Below the pieces are notes generated by a model. The model was not told where the DNA came from. It saw only the letters and a program-made list of their open reading frames with translations, and did no database searches. Positions 35,755 through 49,285 of a stretch of DNA of 60,839 bases are shown piece by piece (position 1 is the stretch's first letter; every line of letters begins with the position of its first letter). The translations under genes and the position numbers were made by a program. The DNA comes from Trichinella spiralis (lineage: Eukaryota), in assembly GCF_000181795.1 (NCBI RefSeq), contig NW_003526943.1, positions 5,282,588-5,343,426 on the forward strand, read 5' to 3'.

Positions 35755-38464
35755 TCAAACACTGATAGTTTTAAAAATGTTGAATGCATCCGACGCGGTG
35801 CTTATCAAAACTCCCTCGTGATCCGGATGCCAGTTCACTTCTTTTATATCAATCTGGCCCATGTGGAGAAATATCAGCTGCTGTGGAATCCTCGACAAGA
35901 TTTTCATGTCGCATCTGAAATGGAAAATAATTTTTCACAATTTTTTATTGCACTTTCCCAACAACAACAACAACAACAAACATGTCAGCATTTTCTTCTC
36001 TGTTGCCAACAAGATCCCAAATGCTGACCACGTCATCTTCGGCAGAAGCACAGAAAACACTCCTCTCGTGTGGACACCAGCTGACCGACGTGATAGGTCC
36101 TTTGTGAAATGGTAACAACACGACCGGACCGAAGCCCTGCAAAAAATTAACGACCACATTACAAATGAAACGGATATAAAGCTTTATTAGCGAACACCTG
36201 AATTCTTCTGAAATCCCAAACTTTCAACAAACCGTCGTCTCCTCCGCTCACTAGCCACGGTTCAGTACGGTGCACGCTGATCACGTTCACATCTTTGCGA
36301 TGCGCTTCGGGTATCCCAAAAACGCAAGCATCCTTCGGCGCCATTCTACAATCCCACACCAAAATGCTTCGGTCCGCAGAACAAGAAAAAAATACCTGAA
36401 AAATTTTAGCAATGCAATTAAAAAATTGATTGCATGATAATAATTATTATTAATATTTTCACGTTCGCCTCCTGATGAGACCATTGCAAATCTTCGACCG
36501 ATGATTGATGCTGTTTGAATGGCCGCTGGTCAATTTGCCACTCGCCACCTTGGACCATTTTCCAAAAATGTATATTTCCCTTACAGTCTCCGGTTAAAAG
36601 TTGTCCTGAAATAAAAAGTAATAATAAACAAATATTTAAACACAGTATCCTCCGAAGAAAATACCTGGCACATGTCGACACCAGTCCAATGCGAAACCTT
36701 CATCCATGTGTCCGTGAAAAGTGAAAACGGGCTTTTCGTCCAATTTATCTCTAGACTTTTTGCCAAACACTGTTTCGGCAGCTTTCACTGCGGCAGACAA
36801 ATTCCACACATGCACCTTCTTCAAAGAACTCCAAGTTGCGCACAGGGTGGTCGTTTCAATTCTACATGCCTACATCATACAAGTAATTGAAGATGTGTAA
36901 CAAGAGAAAAAAGAAATTTTTTCCTTATACCCGAATACGATTTACATCACCGCGATGATCAATTGTGATGTCTTTGAAAATTTTTGTATCTTTATTTTTT
37001 CTCTTTTTTCTACTTTTCTCCTCTCCATCTGAACTATGTGAATCATCGTCATCTAAATTCAAATTCAATAATAATTATTATTATCATTATTAAACTGAAT
37101 ACTTCACAACTACCATCCTTCAATTCTAACAGATTGCCAAGCATCATCACATGGATTCTGTTTCTCATTGGATGGCTCGCTTGAGTACCGGAAACAAGCA
37201 TCACATCCATTGGAAAAGAACACTTCGTATCGGATCCAGGTGCCTTTACTGGTAGTGGATCAAAAGAAAGGCATGGATAGTCTAAAAATGAATAAAAATC
37301 ACGCAATCAATCAACTTAAACTTAATCACAATGCTCCACCGGTGTAAAATGAGGAAAGCATCACATAAGCAGTTTTATCACAAACAAGTTCTTCGCCTTC
37401 TTTAAGCGGTCGACTTTGACCAGGTATGTAAATCTAAAAAACAAAATAATATTCACTTTTACAAATTTTCATTTGATCGTTTATTTCTGAACCTCACTTT
37501 TTTCGTAATCTCTTTCGAAGCTACTGTACTGCTGTTCGTATCGTCCAATGCTTCATCGTCGTGTGATTTAACCTCATCGTCATCATCAGAACTGCAGTCC
37601 GACTCAGATTCATCTTCTTCCTCACTCACTGAATCAACTTCTGCGATTTCCCCGATTTCCACGCAGTCACTCAAATCGCTTGTATCTGAATCGTGGACTT
37701 CAATTTCATCAATTTCCTGCAAAATCAAATTCATTTCAGCAACTATTCGTATGTACAAATGCAATTGTAACAATCAACTTTTTAATGCACAATATGAACA
37801 TTACAAATAATTATACACTAACTTACAGTAAAATTACATAACTATAAACTGTTAGAATCCACAATATAAACAGTTACAACTAATTTTAGTTTTGCTTGCT
37901 CCCGCAACTTGATTTTCAATTTTACTGTTAACAATGTATACTTTAGTGAAAATGTCATTCCTGCAGGCTTTATTTCAAAAAATCGTTTTATTAAAGTCAT
38001 AATGATTTATCTTACAGCTTTTATTTGGTTGCGTATATTTTAAATTTGTTAAAACTTACTATTTTCGCTTGCAGTTTAGCAATAAAACTTTTAATGTTGT
38101 TTCTCAAAACTTTCGTTTTTTTTCATGAAATTCGATAAAAATGACTTAAAAATAACTCTAACATTACTTCCACTACCAACAATGCAACACAAAATAACGC
38201 AGAATCAAGTAAAACATAATAATAACATTACTGAATTCAACAGTACGAGTAAACGCTTAAAAGCTTTGTTTTTTAAACATTACCTTAAACTTTTCTAAAA
38301 AGTGAAATTAATTATGATAAACAGAAAAAATAACACTGCAGAAAAAAAATTTTAATATAGATTTCTACAAGGATATGAAAACTGGAATAAAATTACATGA
38401 AACTACAAAATACTCCACTTAGTTGATTTAACACGCTAAATGATGGAAAAAGTAGTACCTCCAT
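35755..38464 (-). CDS. GRWD1: Glutamate-rich WD40 protein GRWD1/Rrb1 (ribosome assembly, histone binding), multi-exon
   Basis: Acidic N-terminus, then YPCLSFD..VSGTQA, DHRGDVNRIR, GHMDEGFALDW, LLTGDC, HQSSVEDLQWS, DVNVIS, SGGDDG, HKGPITSVSW, PQQLIFLHMGQ..KEVNWH and FNIFKTISV*. Start inferred as ATG GAG|gt at 38464-38459. Confidence 0.92.
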
Positions 38465-41400
38465 ATTTTTATGCTAAATTTAATGCCGATTTTGTTCAAA
38501 AAATATGACGAAATTCAGCGCTACCATGAAAAGTTCCACGAAAATGTTAACAACCAGTAAGATTACGGTACGTATAATGCAGGTACATACAGTATGTAAG
38601 TTTCAGAAATAAATTGTGATTTTATATAACGAAGTAATTACAATTATAAAATTAGCATAAATATTTTGTGATACTGAATATTTTAGCAAATTATTCAATT
38701 TATATTTATTTAACAAAATGTTATTTTTATCGTTAACAATTAGCGTTCAGCCATTGTGAATAAATTTGACACTTTTCACTGGCAAAAAATCTTTTGCGAG
38801 CCCGCTTTTCCTTTTTCAGAATGCCTATTTTGATGGTGTCATCCGGTATATTGGATTCATTAAACAATATTAATGGGTCCATTTAAAAATGAAATTGCAT
38901 TTAACGAACGTGTGCTTCTTGGCCATAACCCGCAGAAGCCAACGATAATAACTTTTAAATTTGGTAACTTTCACTCCGATTTTGGTACTTTTTAATGTAA
39001 TTGAATATTATTATCTTATAAAATTTAATACAATGATAACCTTTCCTTTTAATTTTATAAATTTCTTATTTCTTAATGTCTTGTTGTTAGAGTTTTGAAT
39101 TTGTCTATTGTTTGCATGCATTTGTGCAAATATTTACTGCAACTCCTTGATGTGATCACATAAACGATGTTCTAATAGCATCGGTTTTTTAATTTTTAAT
39201 TTTTATTTAGTTCTTTAACCATGTTCAAGAATAAGTCAACTAACTTTTGTTTACATGAATGCATAACACAAGTATTTACAACATCTATCTTGTAGAAATG
39301 AGTGATAACTTGAAAGCGTCGTTGCTTGCACAGAGATGATGCACGTAATTTAAATATTTTCTTTGATGCCCTTCACTGACAGTTTATCACATGTATCCTC
39401 GTCGAATTGTGAAAGGCCTTGGTAAAATGCATTTCTTTTTCTGCAAAGCGGTTTTGTCCGCATTAAGTCTCACCTGCGATGCTGCTGGGTGGCATTTGTT
39501 AAACAAACGCAGCACAACATGTTGATATTTGCAGAAGCTGCTTTTTGTCTATCAATGTAACAAGTGCGCATATAATCTTTAATCAATTATAAAAATTGAA
39601 CTCCTCGACCGAAAAACATTCGTTTGCGTAAAGGCTTTTATAATAAATTTCATAAAGTTATTGTCCATTATTTCATTGTTATTTTAAAAATGTTTGTTTC
39701 AAAGATCACTGTTTACTTTAAGCACTTGCAAGTTTTGCTTCTACTTTATCTATAGCTTTTGTAAACCTGTAAAGCTAGTGTTTTTTGCAATGCAAACTCA
39801 TAAAATGATTTTATTTAAAGATACGAAATTACTTGAAGAACTGTAAAAAATGATGGAGGGAATAAGATGACGGTATTATATTCTTATAAAGTTTTTGAAA
39901 TTACAAGTTCTTAAAGCATCCACTTACTCAATGACAAAAGCTTGATAGCATTGCGAAATAGGTATTCCTGAAACAATAAAGTTAAGCTTGCAAACAATTG
40001 TTTGTTTTTAAATTTATATAAAAATTCTTCAGCAGTGGCATTTATTTATTAGTTTTGCTACCTTTCTTCGCAAAAATTTTTTGACAAATGAAGATGCATG
40101 CAGTCAGAGGTAAAAAAAATTAATCGTTTCTATTCATTCTGCTGTTTACAAGTTTATAAAATTGCTCTCAATACGCGACAGCCATTCTTGGTGATTAATT
40201 TTACTTGCCTTTTTTGAAATTTATTTAAAAATTCTTATTTACAAACCTTTTTTTATTCATCATCTTAAAATTAAAGCAAAAGAATTTGGGGTAATCGTTA
40301 AAATAACTGTGACAGCGTCCCTGATGTCACAAACAAACTTACATTAATAAATCAACTTTTTTTGGTGCTATGAGACTTTCAGCTTTTTAGTATTATTATG
40401 TTTTTATAAATTTAACATTGTCATACTAAAAGTACTTTTGTTTAAAATTATTTCCGATAAAATTTTCAATATAATGAAAACAATTTTTAATATTTTTTGC
40501 CTCTGATTAATAGCCGAATGTAATAAGTAATAATAAGAATATAAGTATCTATATCATAATAATTATAAAATTATCATAATCAAGATATTATATAATTAAA
40601 ATTATATTAAAATTTTTCTGTTAAGAAGGTTGCAATTAAGTGAAATGCTGAATTCCAAGCGTGTAAATTTGTATATTTGATCAAGCAAAGCTTCATTTTT
40701 TGCTAAAGTAAACATGTTGCACTTGTCATAGTTTCATTTCAAAAAAATTACAATGTAATACAAAATATTATAAGCTTAGCATTCATTTAACTTTTTTGGA
40801 TGCATTTTGCGTATCATTTATGTTAGCTTTCAGACTTCTGATGCATTTATATTCATTATCCATTGAGAATGGAGTTTAATATCTTTGAGCACATCCTTGG
40901 TATACATGTATATTAAGGTAAGTGCGCATTGATATGAAATTCAAATACTGCATCTTCTTGATTTGATAGAATAATTTAATATTAAAAAATCGTTTTTTCT
41001 TAAAAATGAATAAATAAGTGTAAATAATTGGTTTTTTTGTCGCTGCATTTTCGCTTTCATTGAAGCGCATTTTTGGTTGTTGATTTTAACACAAATTGAT
41101 GAGTAGAAGTTGTTGAAGTACTTCAAACTGATTGATTGAATTTCAGCCGCGATTTTCTATATAAATAGAAACACTTTTGAAAAATTCCACTCGTTCATTA
41201 AATCCAATGTTTAAACTGGTAAAATTGTTTGCAGTCTACTGCTGGTAGATGGAATATCTATTTTGAAATTAACATTCAACCTTTTTTTTCCATTGTATTT
41301 GTTCCATGTAAATGTTGCATTTTAATTTGAAAAAAAAATTTCAATATTTAACATAGCTAAACATTGAAACGAATAATTATAATTTATACGCATATTATTC

Positions 41401-42183
41401 TTGTGTTTTTTCACAGATAAATATAAATAAAAAATGTATATATATATATATCTTTATAGTGTAACATTGTTTGCTTGGAGTAGGAGTAATGAGAAAAAAA
41501 TGCTAAAAGAGAGAGAGAAAGAGGAAAATATTGCCGGTCAGAAATGACAATTGAGTCATAAATATGGAGATTGATTGGAGGAAGCTTCTTATTGAATAGC
41601 TTGAAGATCAAAAGCAGCGGTATGGTGATCGATTGACGGGCCGGGTCGACGGCAATTATATTTTCAGACCGATTCTTGGTTGTAGGTTTTTCTTATTGTA
41701 TAAATGAGACAAATGTGCTTGTAAAAACTGGTTGCACGACTGTAGTATGCTGGTTGGATAGCAAACGCTTGCAATAGTTTCAACGGGTCGCAACGACGAA
41801 GAACGCCGTCGTGTCATTGTGACAGGGTTGGTTTTTGGTATCTGTCTGTCCGTAAATATTACCGTGGTTCAGTAATTTTTTCCCCATATTATTTTTTTAA
41901 ATATTTATTTCACTTTCATCATTTTGCCTTGTCTGTTGTGCTGTTGTTCGCGTTGTTTGGTCTTCTCTGTTCGACGAGCTTCAGGCTAACCGCTTGTCGT
42001 ACCAAGACAAAGAAGCGAATTCGAGAGAGGTCGTCGGCATTTGGACTTTATCCATTTGCTCATCTACTTACAACATCCCCTCCCTCCCTCCCTCCCCCCT
42101 CTCTCTCTGTGCATCATTCTTTATTTGTACAAGATTTACCAAAAATCATTTTTTTTCATCTTCTTTTGCCCAACAAAACGGTG

Positions 42184-42392
42184 ATGCAAATTTCATCTTT
42201 ATTATTGTCGTTAATTTGTTTGATTGATATCCACTGCCATGCCGAGAATGCAGATGAACATCATCGACAGCAACGATCGACTGAGGTTGTCAAACAAAAA
42301 CCTGGACGTGATTTGTTCGCCGCTGATGTGGACAATCCGACGTCGGATCTGATCGATTCAGACATAAGGAAAAAGGCGTTCACTTTTGGTCA
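42184..42392 (+). CDS. 5' fragment of a secreted precursor protein, truncated by the assembly gap
   Basis: MQISSLLLSLICLIDIHCHA (signal peptide-like), then RQQR (furin consensus) and RKK-AFTFG running into the N-run. Confidence 0.5.
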
Positions 42393-42402
42393 NNNNNNNN
42401 NN
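42393..42402. other. Scaffold gap (10 N)
   Basis: Run of n. Confidence 1.
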
Positions 42403-43131
42403 GGATTTGTCGTCCAAGCAGGGTTTGTTTTGCACATATTGCGCAAAAAGACAGTATGAGACAATTTTATACATTTTACATTCAAGTAAATGAACATTTT
42501 TATTCCGTAAACTTCATTCTCAGCAAATTTATGTTATTACAACCGAATAATGAAATTTCATGAAATAAATAGCTATAAAAGACAAACTGCTCATATTCTT
42601 ATATATTATATTTTAATTGTATTTCTTCAATAATGACGTAACACATTTGTGATTTTGTTGTAAAGGTGTAAACAAACAACAGATTGCATTTTTACGTGTC
42701 ATGAGCAGTGGTGTTCATTTTCAGTGAAGTGTGAATAATATAGTCGCGGTTTAAAGTAAAATTTCGAAAGCATTCAAGCAATAACTACCGTAAAAGGTAA
42801 AGTAAGACACTAGAAGATTGTATGAGCACTTCTAATTATATCAGCACATATCACAAAGAGAAGGAGGTTCTGATCAAAAATTGTTGCCGCTAAAGTTTCA
42901 TGCAGTTGTTGACAAGTTATGGAAATGGAATCAGCATGTAATTGAATTTGCTGCAAAGTATTTTGAAATTGAGAAATTACAGAACAATAGAATCGACTTA
43001 ACAATTTAACACCAATGGATGGTGATGTAGGAATGCAGTTCATCTTGCAGCGAATGAATCCCGTAGCGTGAGCACAAATATGATGGATTTTAAAGTTTAC
43101 GCTTACATTACTTCGTTTAATTATTAAGAAT

Positions 43132-44620
43132 TTAAATAGTTTTACTAATGGGCATTGAAAACGCCCACTTTATTTCATACAGTCCTGACCCCATTTCTTT
43201 CCAGATTCTGTAAGAGCCTTTCCAGATCCTTGTTATTCTCACTTGGTTTGATATTGCCAACCATACGAGATCTCCTCTCTTGTAATTTTGGTGAATTTCT
43301 AAATGATCAAACAGCGCTTTCTGTCGTCTCTTCTTTCTTGAATTTGTGACGGTTTCTTCTTGGGATCTGCCAGTTGTCCGCCTGATGCTGCACAAGAACT
43401 CATTCACTGGTTGTTCACTACCTGATGCTATGCCTAACTGCACATCTAGTGGCAACATTAGTTCCTTTCCCAATGATGCAAACAATGGTGTCACTCGAGT
43501 TGCCTCATGCACTCTGTTGTTGTTTGCTAGCATCATCCATGAAAGCAGTTCATACCAGGTCTTAATACTCTCATTGCACATGGTTGGTAACTTGTGCAGG
43601 AGGGTGCAATTGCATCTTTTTACCAACGTACCATCCATTTCATTAGGAATGGTAGTCCGTTTAGTGCGTCGCTCTTATGTGTAGCAGTCGACACCATTTC
43701 GACATCAGCTCTGCTTTGGAACTTCACCCCTGATCATTGTGCAGCTGGTCTGGTGCACTGAAATATGCTACGTATCTTTCCATTAACGCTTTCGCTACCA
43801 TTTGCGCCCCCATATTCAGCAGTGAAAGTACTGCCAGCCACTTTGTGAAGTAGTCGACTATATTAATTTAAAAGTAATGTAAAATACACTACTAAGGCAT
43901 ATTAATTTGCAGCCGCTGAACGTTCAAAAGGCCTAGCAAAATCCAATCGCAATCCCTGCATTGGGTACCCAGTGCCAATAGGTTGCAAGGGCGTTTTGCT
44001 TCTTTTTGAAGATCCTTTTCTGGTTGCACACTGTTTGCACGTCGTACACTACACTCACATACACATGCTCATCCCTGACCAATAGAACGGCTTTTTATCC
44101 TAGATATGGTGCTCTGTTCACCCAGACTGCCAGCTTACAAGTTATCATGCAAACCTCTGAGTATTTCTTTCCTGGGTGCTTTTGGCACCACTATCTAGTT
44201 GCCACCTTGACCGTCCATCATACCTTTACAGACTCAGTATAGCAAACCATTTGCTAGCTGCATATCAGTCCGTGGCTATGCCCATCTAGGCGCTTCTTGG
44301 GCCAACAGTTGTTAGAGATCCACTGCGTGAGTTGTTAGATCTTTGAATCATTGTCCTGATGCACTTTTACATCTGCGACCCTGGTTTCTGGCTTCGTTAT
44401 GCTTTGGCAGTCCTTGAGATGTGCTCTGATCACACCGCAGATAGCTGCTACAATGGATTAGATGATCTCCTTTCTTCTTCTACATAGTCGGCATATTTGT
44501 CAAGAGAGTGTGCCCACATTTCCATGTGCCCGTCGAGGGCAGTGCTGTACTTTAAAATCAAGCTCTACTCGATCTTCCAACACCGGGAAACAACCTTCTG
44601 GCTCTTTGAAGTTTTGAAAC
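43132..44620 (-). mobile_element. Decayed Ty3/Gypsy pol remnant (RNase H end, integrase)
   Basis: Remnants KNFKEPEG..LDFKVQHCPRRAHGNVGTLS, VDYFTKWLAV, SAPDQLHNDQG, ANNNRVHEATRVTPLFASLGKELMLPLDVQ and YKRGDLVWL. Interrupted by stops and frameshifts. LTRs not identified. Confidence 0.82.
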
Positions 44621-45598
44621 CACTTAGGGAGTAGTAGGACAGAATCTGACGTTCCATTCAATTTCTTCAGTGAGTACGCATCTTTCTTAGATATGCCGTT
44701 GAATGTGCTATATATATACAACTCATAATTGTAATGAACCATCTTTCTTACCTGGTAGCACAATTTCCCCTTTCATGCGCTTTGTGATGGCTCCACCATG
44801 CCATTTCATTCCATATTTAGATGCTGCTTCCTCAACTTTAAATTTCATTCGTCTATTGGAAGCTTGACGAATTGGTGCTGATCTCGCGTACAGATCCGGT
44901 GCTTAACGTAATTCGTGAGATTAAAATTAGTCGTATCAAAGATAAAGACCACAATATTCATAAAGCACTGCGTATAGTAGTCCTCTCTGATAAATAAGAT
45001 GTCATTTATTATCGCTATCAAGATCAACTGCCATTAATTTGTTGAGCTAAGAGCCCCAAATACAACTGCAGTAAAACTGAAATGTTTGTTACAATTACAA
45101 TACTAAGTTCTTTACAAGAATTAAGACTTAAGCAAGAAACAATAAAAAAGCTGTAACTTTGATGAAAATAAAGAACTCTGATTCATCTTATACTTAATCA
45201 GCCTAAGAATATAAAATTTATTTATATGAAAAGAACTTGCAGCATATTACAGTTTTCTGAATTAAATTGTACTTCTTATCAATTTTATATTTCTTCATGC
45301 TTTACATATTTTATGCGACAGATAGAGAAGAACAGTTTCAGAATGCATAATACTTCACTTTTTAAAAACCTCCATGAGAAATTATTAAAAATAAGAAAAT
45401 GTGTCAAACAGTGCTATGCATATGATTACATTTTCAATGTAATTAAAACTCTTCTGCTATTTGTACTACTGATGACAAATATTCTAATTTGAGAGAAAAA
45501 ATTTTGACGTCTCCTCTTTACTATTCACTACAGTACCGCATAAATACCGACAACAACAATTACATGAGAAAAATTAAATAAATGATTTTCAAAAATTT

Positions 45599-47155
45599 TC
45601 AATCTTTATATATGTTGAAGCTGCCTCCCTCACACGCTTTGCATCTCCAAACATTCTGGAAGTAAAAGTTTCTTTGAATACATTCAAAATGAAACCATTT
45701 CGTCTCACAATCCTTGTTTCCGCAACAAATTAGCCTTCCGTAGGGCACCTAAAATTATTGAAATTTTGTAAGCTGCCTAACTGCAAGAATTTCAAGGAAA
45801 TATTTTCCTTTTCTGAAATGCCATCTTATTTATGCAATAAGTTAGCTTAGGGAGTACAAAATCTATTAAATCAAGGTTTGTGTCATCATAAACTATACTA
45901 TTAATAAAACGTAAACTATAATATTAATAAAATTCAAGTTTAATGATAATTCATATATAAAAAATTACCAATTCCAAGCGTAATACTAAAGCAGATTTAA
46001 AAATACATACTACATTACAGAAACAGCAAGTTTCTTCATCCGTTTCCGGCTCAGGAGAAAAAGTGATTGTTTTCCCATCCTCATGGATATTCTTATCTCT
46101 CGGGACTTTTACCGTAACATTTTTCGTGATTGGATTTTCTGGACGATTATTTTCTATAAATAAATGATTCAGGGCACTATAAAACTGCTTGACAAAAATC
46201 AATATATTTCAACAAAAAGTACTTTTACCTTCAGAAGGGGTGCTTAAATTTCTTTGCTTTTTGCCTAATTTAAATTCATCAACTTTCTTTCTGTGGCTAA
46301 AAACATTGCAAAACATAAACAAACGCGCATTCGTCATTCTTCAAATACCTATCGTTTCTTTTTGTTAAAATTTCATCATCACTATCTGTAAAAAAGCAAC
46401 ATACAATAAACTACACGCAGTGAAATAAGTAAATGAAAAAATTTACCTTCCGCCTCAGTACTTCCTTGCTCAACTATATTCATTACACTGTTGTATATTC
46501 CATCTGCAATGATTAGCTTTCGGTCAAGAATAAGACTAATATCTAGAAGCAGTCGAAAGATCTTTCGACGTGCTTTTTCAGATCTGTTTTTTCCCGTAAC
46601 TGAATCATCGGTAACTGCATAAATTTCTGCAGATTCTTTTAATTTTTCCAATAGTACTGAAAAAAATTAAACAAAATCAACCAATTATACTTATGCATAC
46701 CTAACCAAAAATGCGCCTAACAGATTTAACGTTGACACTTTTAAATCGGAAATGAACTTGTTTCATTGCATTAAATGCACGCTTTTTTCAAACCAAAAAC
46801 AAGTATTACAAATTAAAAATATAATTAAAAACTCCACATTAAACGCAGCTTAAAATTTATGCATTTAACACTTAATAAGAAGTTATATCAAAATAATAAA
46901 GCTTAATAAAAGTATACAAAAATATGTGAACATAGTTCTCTCATTTAATAATAATGATAATAATAGTTTACCGGATTCTTCTGAATTCAGAATATCAATA
47001 CGATGAATTTCTCGACTAATTTCAAAAGGCGAGGCGAACACTTCTAATCTTCTCTTTTTAGCCACTGATGAATTCACTCCAAACGATTCTCTTCCTTCCT
47101 TTTGATACGACTTCGATGAAGCTGTTTCTTTTGAAGATCTCGAAACACTACTCAT
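45599..47155 (-). CDS. ING (inhibitor of growth)-family PHD-finger protein, divergent, ~6 exons
   Basis: N-terminal ING-like helices (PFEISREIHRIDILN; LDRKLIIADGIYNSV) and a basic linker. The last two exons join to give CCFCNV|VPYGRLICCGNKDCETKWFHFECIQRNFYFQNVWRCKAC, a C4HC3 PHD with ING spacing. Stop TGA at 45601-45599. Confidence 0.82.
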
Positions 47156-47940
47156 TTCCTATTTTCGGTTAAATTTGTATTTTTATAACAAAATCTGTCA
47201 TGCTGCTTTTGTTCTTGTATATTTTTCAAAATAATTTACAATTTAAACAATGAAATTTAGAAAATAAGAAGAAAGAAATATCAAATTTTTAAATAATTAA
47301 CACTCGATGAAATGAATAAAAATATTTGTTAATTCGAGTAAAAAGTGTAAAAATGAAATGAAAAGGCAAAAAGAAACAAAATCGCAAAACTTACATCAAA
47401 ACTGCACTACCATAATAATTAGTGAAAAGTAGGTTGCACTTGCTCAATTGATGATTATAATATAAATTTATTTTAAAAATATCAGAACTATTTTATTATT
47501 AAAATAAATTATATTTATTTTTTGTAATATAAGCTATACAATGCAGATTATACAATTATACAAAAACTAATTGCCTAGAGAATTCATAGGTCTAATGCGC
47601 AATCTGATTGGTCAACTGTGATTTCTTATACGCATAGCCCACTTTCGTCATTCTTCTGCCTGACCTTTATGTTTGTGTTTCGCTGAAGTATTCACTACTC
47701 TGTGCTGCTGGCTGTGATCAGTGCTTGTTTCATTTCAAGCATTTCATCATTTCTTAAAATATAATATCATGCCATTATGATTATTATATAATATTTAATA
47801 AATAATTATATGATATCAATAAATATCTTACTTTGATTAATTTATTAATTTAACAACTTTTAATTAATTAATTGATTATTGATATATTATAATTAATAAA
47901 ATATGTTTATTAAGTATAATATATTATTATAATATATATA

Positions 47941-48621
47941 CAGTGGAACTTGGTTATGTGCACATTGGATAAGAGCACATTTTCCTTAAGTGTACAGATT
48001 TTGGCCTAACAAAATTAGTATTAAATAATAATTAAATAATTGGCCTGTAGTTAATTACTCGATAAAATAATTTATAAGTGCACATTCGGATAAGTACACA
48101 ACTTGGTTAAGTGCATCATTTTGCTGAGGTTACAGGATTTACTGTTTGCAATATATCGTCTTTAAGTACACAATAGACGTGTTCCTGGCGGCTTTACGTT
48201 TATCATAGCCATGGCAACTATTGATACTCAGCAAAGTTTATTGTTCCCTATATTAGAATAAGCACGCATATTACAGACAAGGCAAGCTAGCCTATAGTCA
48301 AAACAACTTCTGCTTTCCCAGGAAGTTACTCACAAGAAATGCTATCACCGTCTCAGATCTGGTGACAATTTGGTCGTATTTTCACGAAAACGGCATGAAA
48401 GATCAGCTAGTAACGCTGGCACCACAAAATATAATTTAAACCTACATTTCTGACTATTTTACTTAAAATAAATGGACATTCTTTCACATCAGACCTATTT
48501 GTAAATGTAAAGCTATTGTTCCTTTCAATTATTCTGCATAATTCCAAACTTTGGATAAGTGCGTGGAAATTCTTACTTGTGCATTATATACTTTCCATGT
48601 GCAGTTAACCAAGTTGGACTG
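47941..48621. mobile_element. Non-autonomous Tc1/mariner-superfamily (pogo/Tigger-like) element / MITE, ~680 bp
   Basis: TA|CAGTGGAACTTGGTTATGTGCACAT at the left end. Reverse complement of the right end is CAGTCCAACTTGGTTAACTGCACAT, followed by TA. Internal repeats of (GA/GT)TAAGTGCACA. No ORF. Confidence 0.85.
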
Positions 48622-49285
48622 TATACAGAATATATTACTTGGTATATATATATATATATGTACATATATTTCAACAAATTTATTTGCACCCTCTACTGAT
48701 GTTGCTTTTCCTTTATTCAGTAAGAGCAATTTTTATTTAGAAAAAATAAAAACTGAAATTTTATCTGAGAAAAAAGCAAATTTACCTATTCTTTTTTGCA
48801 AATTGTGAAATTTATTTCAACCAAGCCGACTGTTCTGTGAATCGTTTTATTTCCGCTGGTAGCACCAACGCCTGTATTGCAAGTTTAGTCAGGCCGTTAA
48901 TCAAAGAAAGTTATATAATGAACAAGTTTAAATTTTCCATTTATTTTTCCAACTATGATATGTTACAAAGTGATGCTGGAGAGACAACTCTCATTGCAGA
49001 TGTATTTATATTTTTATACATGCGCATGCGCACACCATTAACCTGTACTTCATGCTTGCTATTCTCATTTAACATATTGCAATCGACTGAAAAAAGTTTT
49101 TATGATGTGTGTTCAAAGTTGTGATGCTTATTTTACGCTTTCAGTACATACTGTAAAGCAATTATTTCTCATCTCGTTCAATATCAATTGTAGTCAGCTT
49201 TTAGCATAGGATTATTTTCCGTTTTGAATTATTTTGTTTGAATTTGAATGTTTTGAATTATCATATTCTAACTTTCCCTTTGGGT

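Noticed and set aside
38555..39350. Splice-like signals on + divergent from GRWD1 (possible lncRNA)
   Set aside because: No ORF, and such signals are common by chance in AT-rich DNA.
41929..42459. 176-aa ORF spanning the N-run
   Set aside because: Artefact: starts at TTG and crosses a gap of unknown size; only 42184-42392 is credible.
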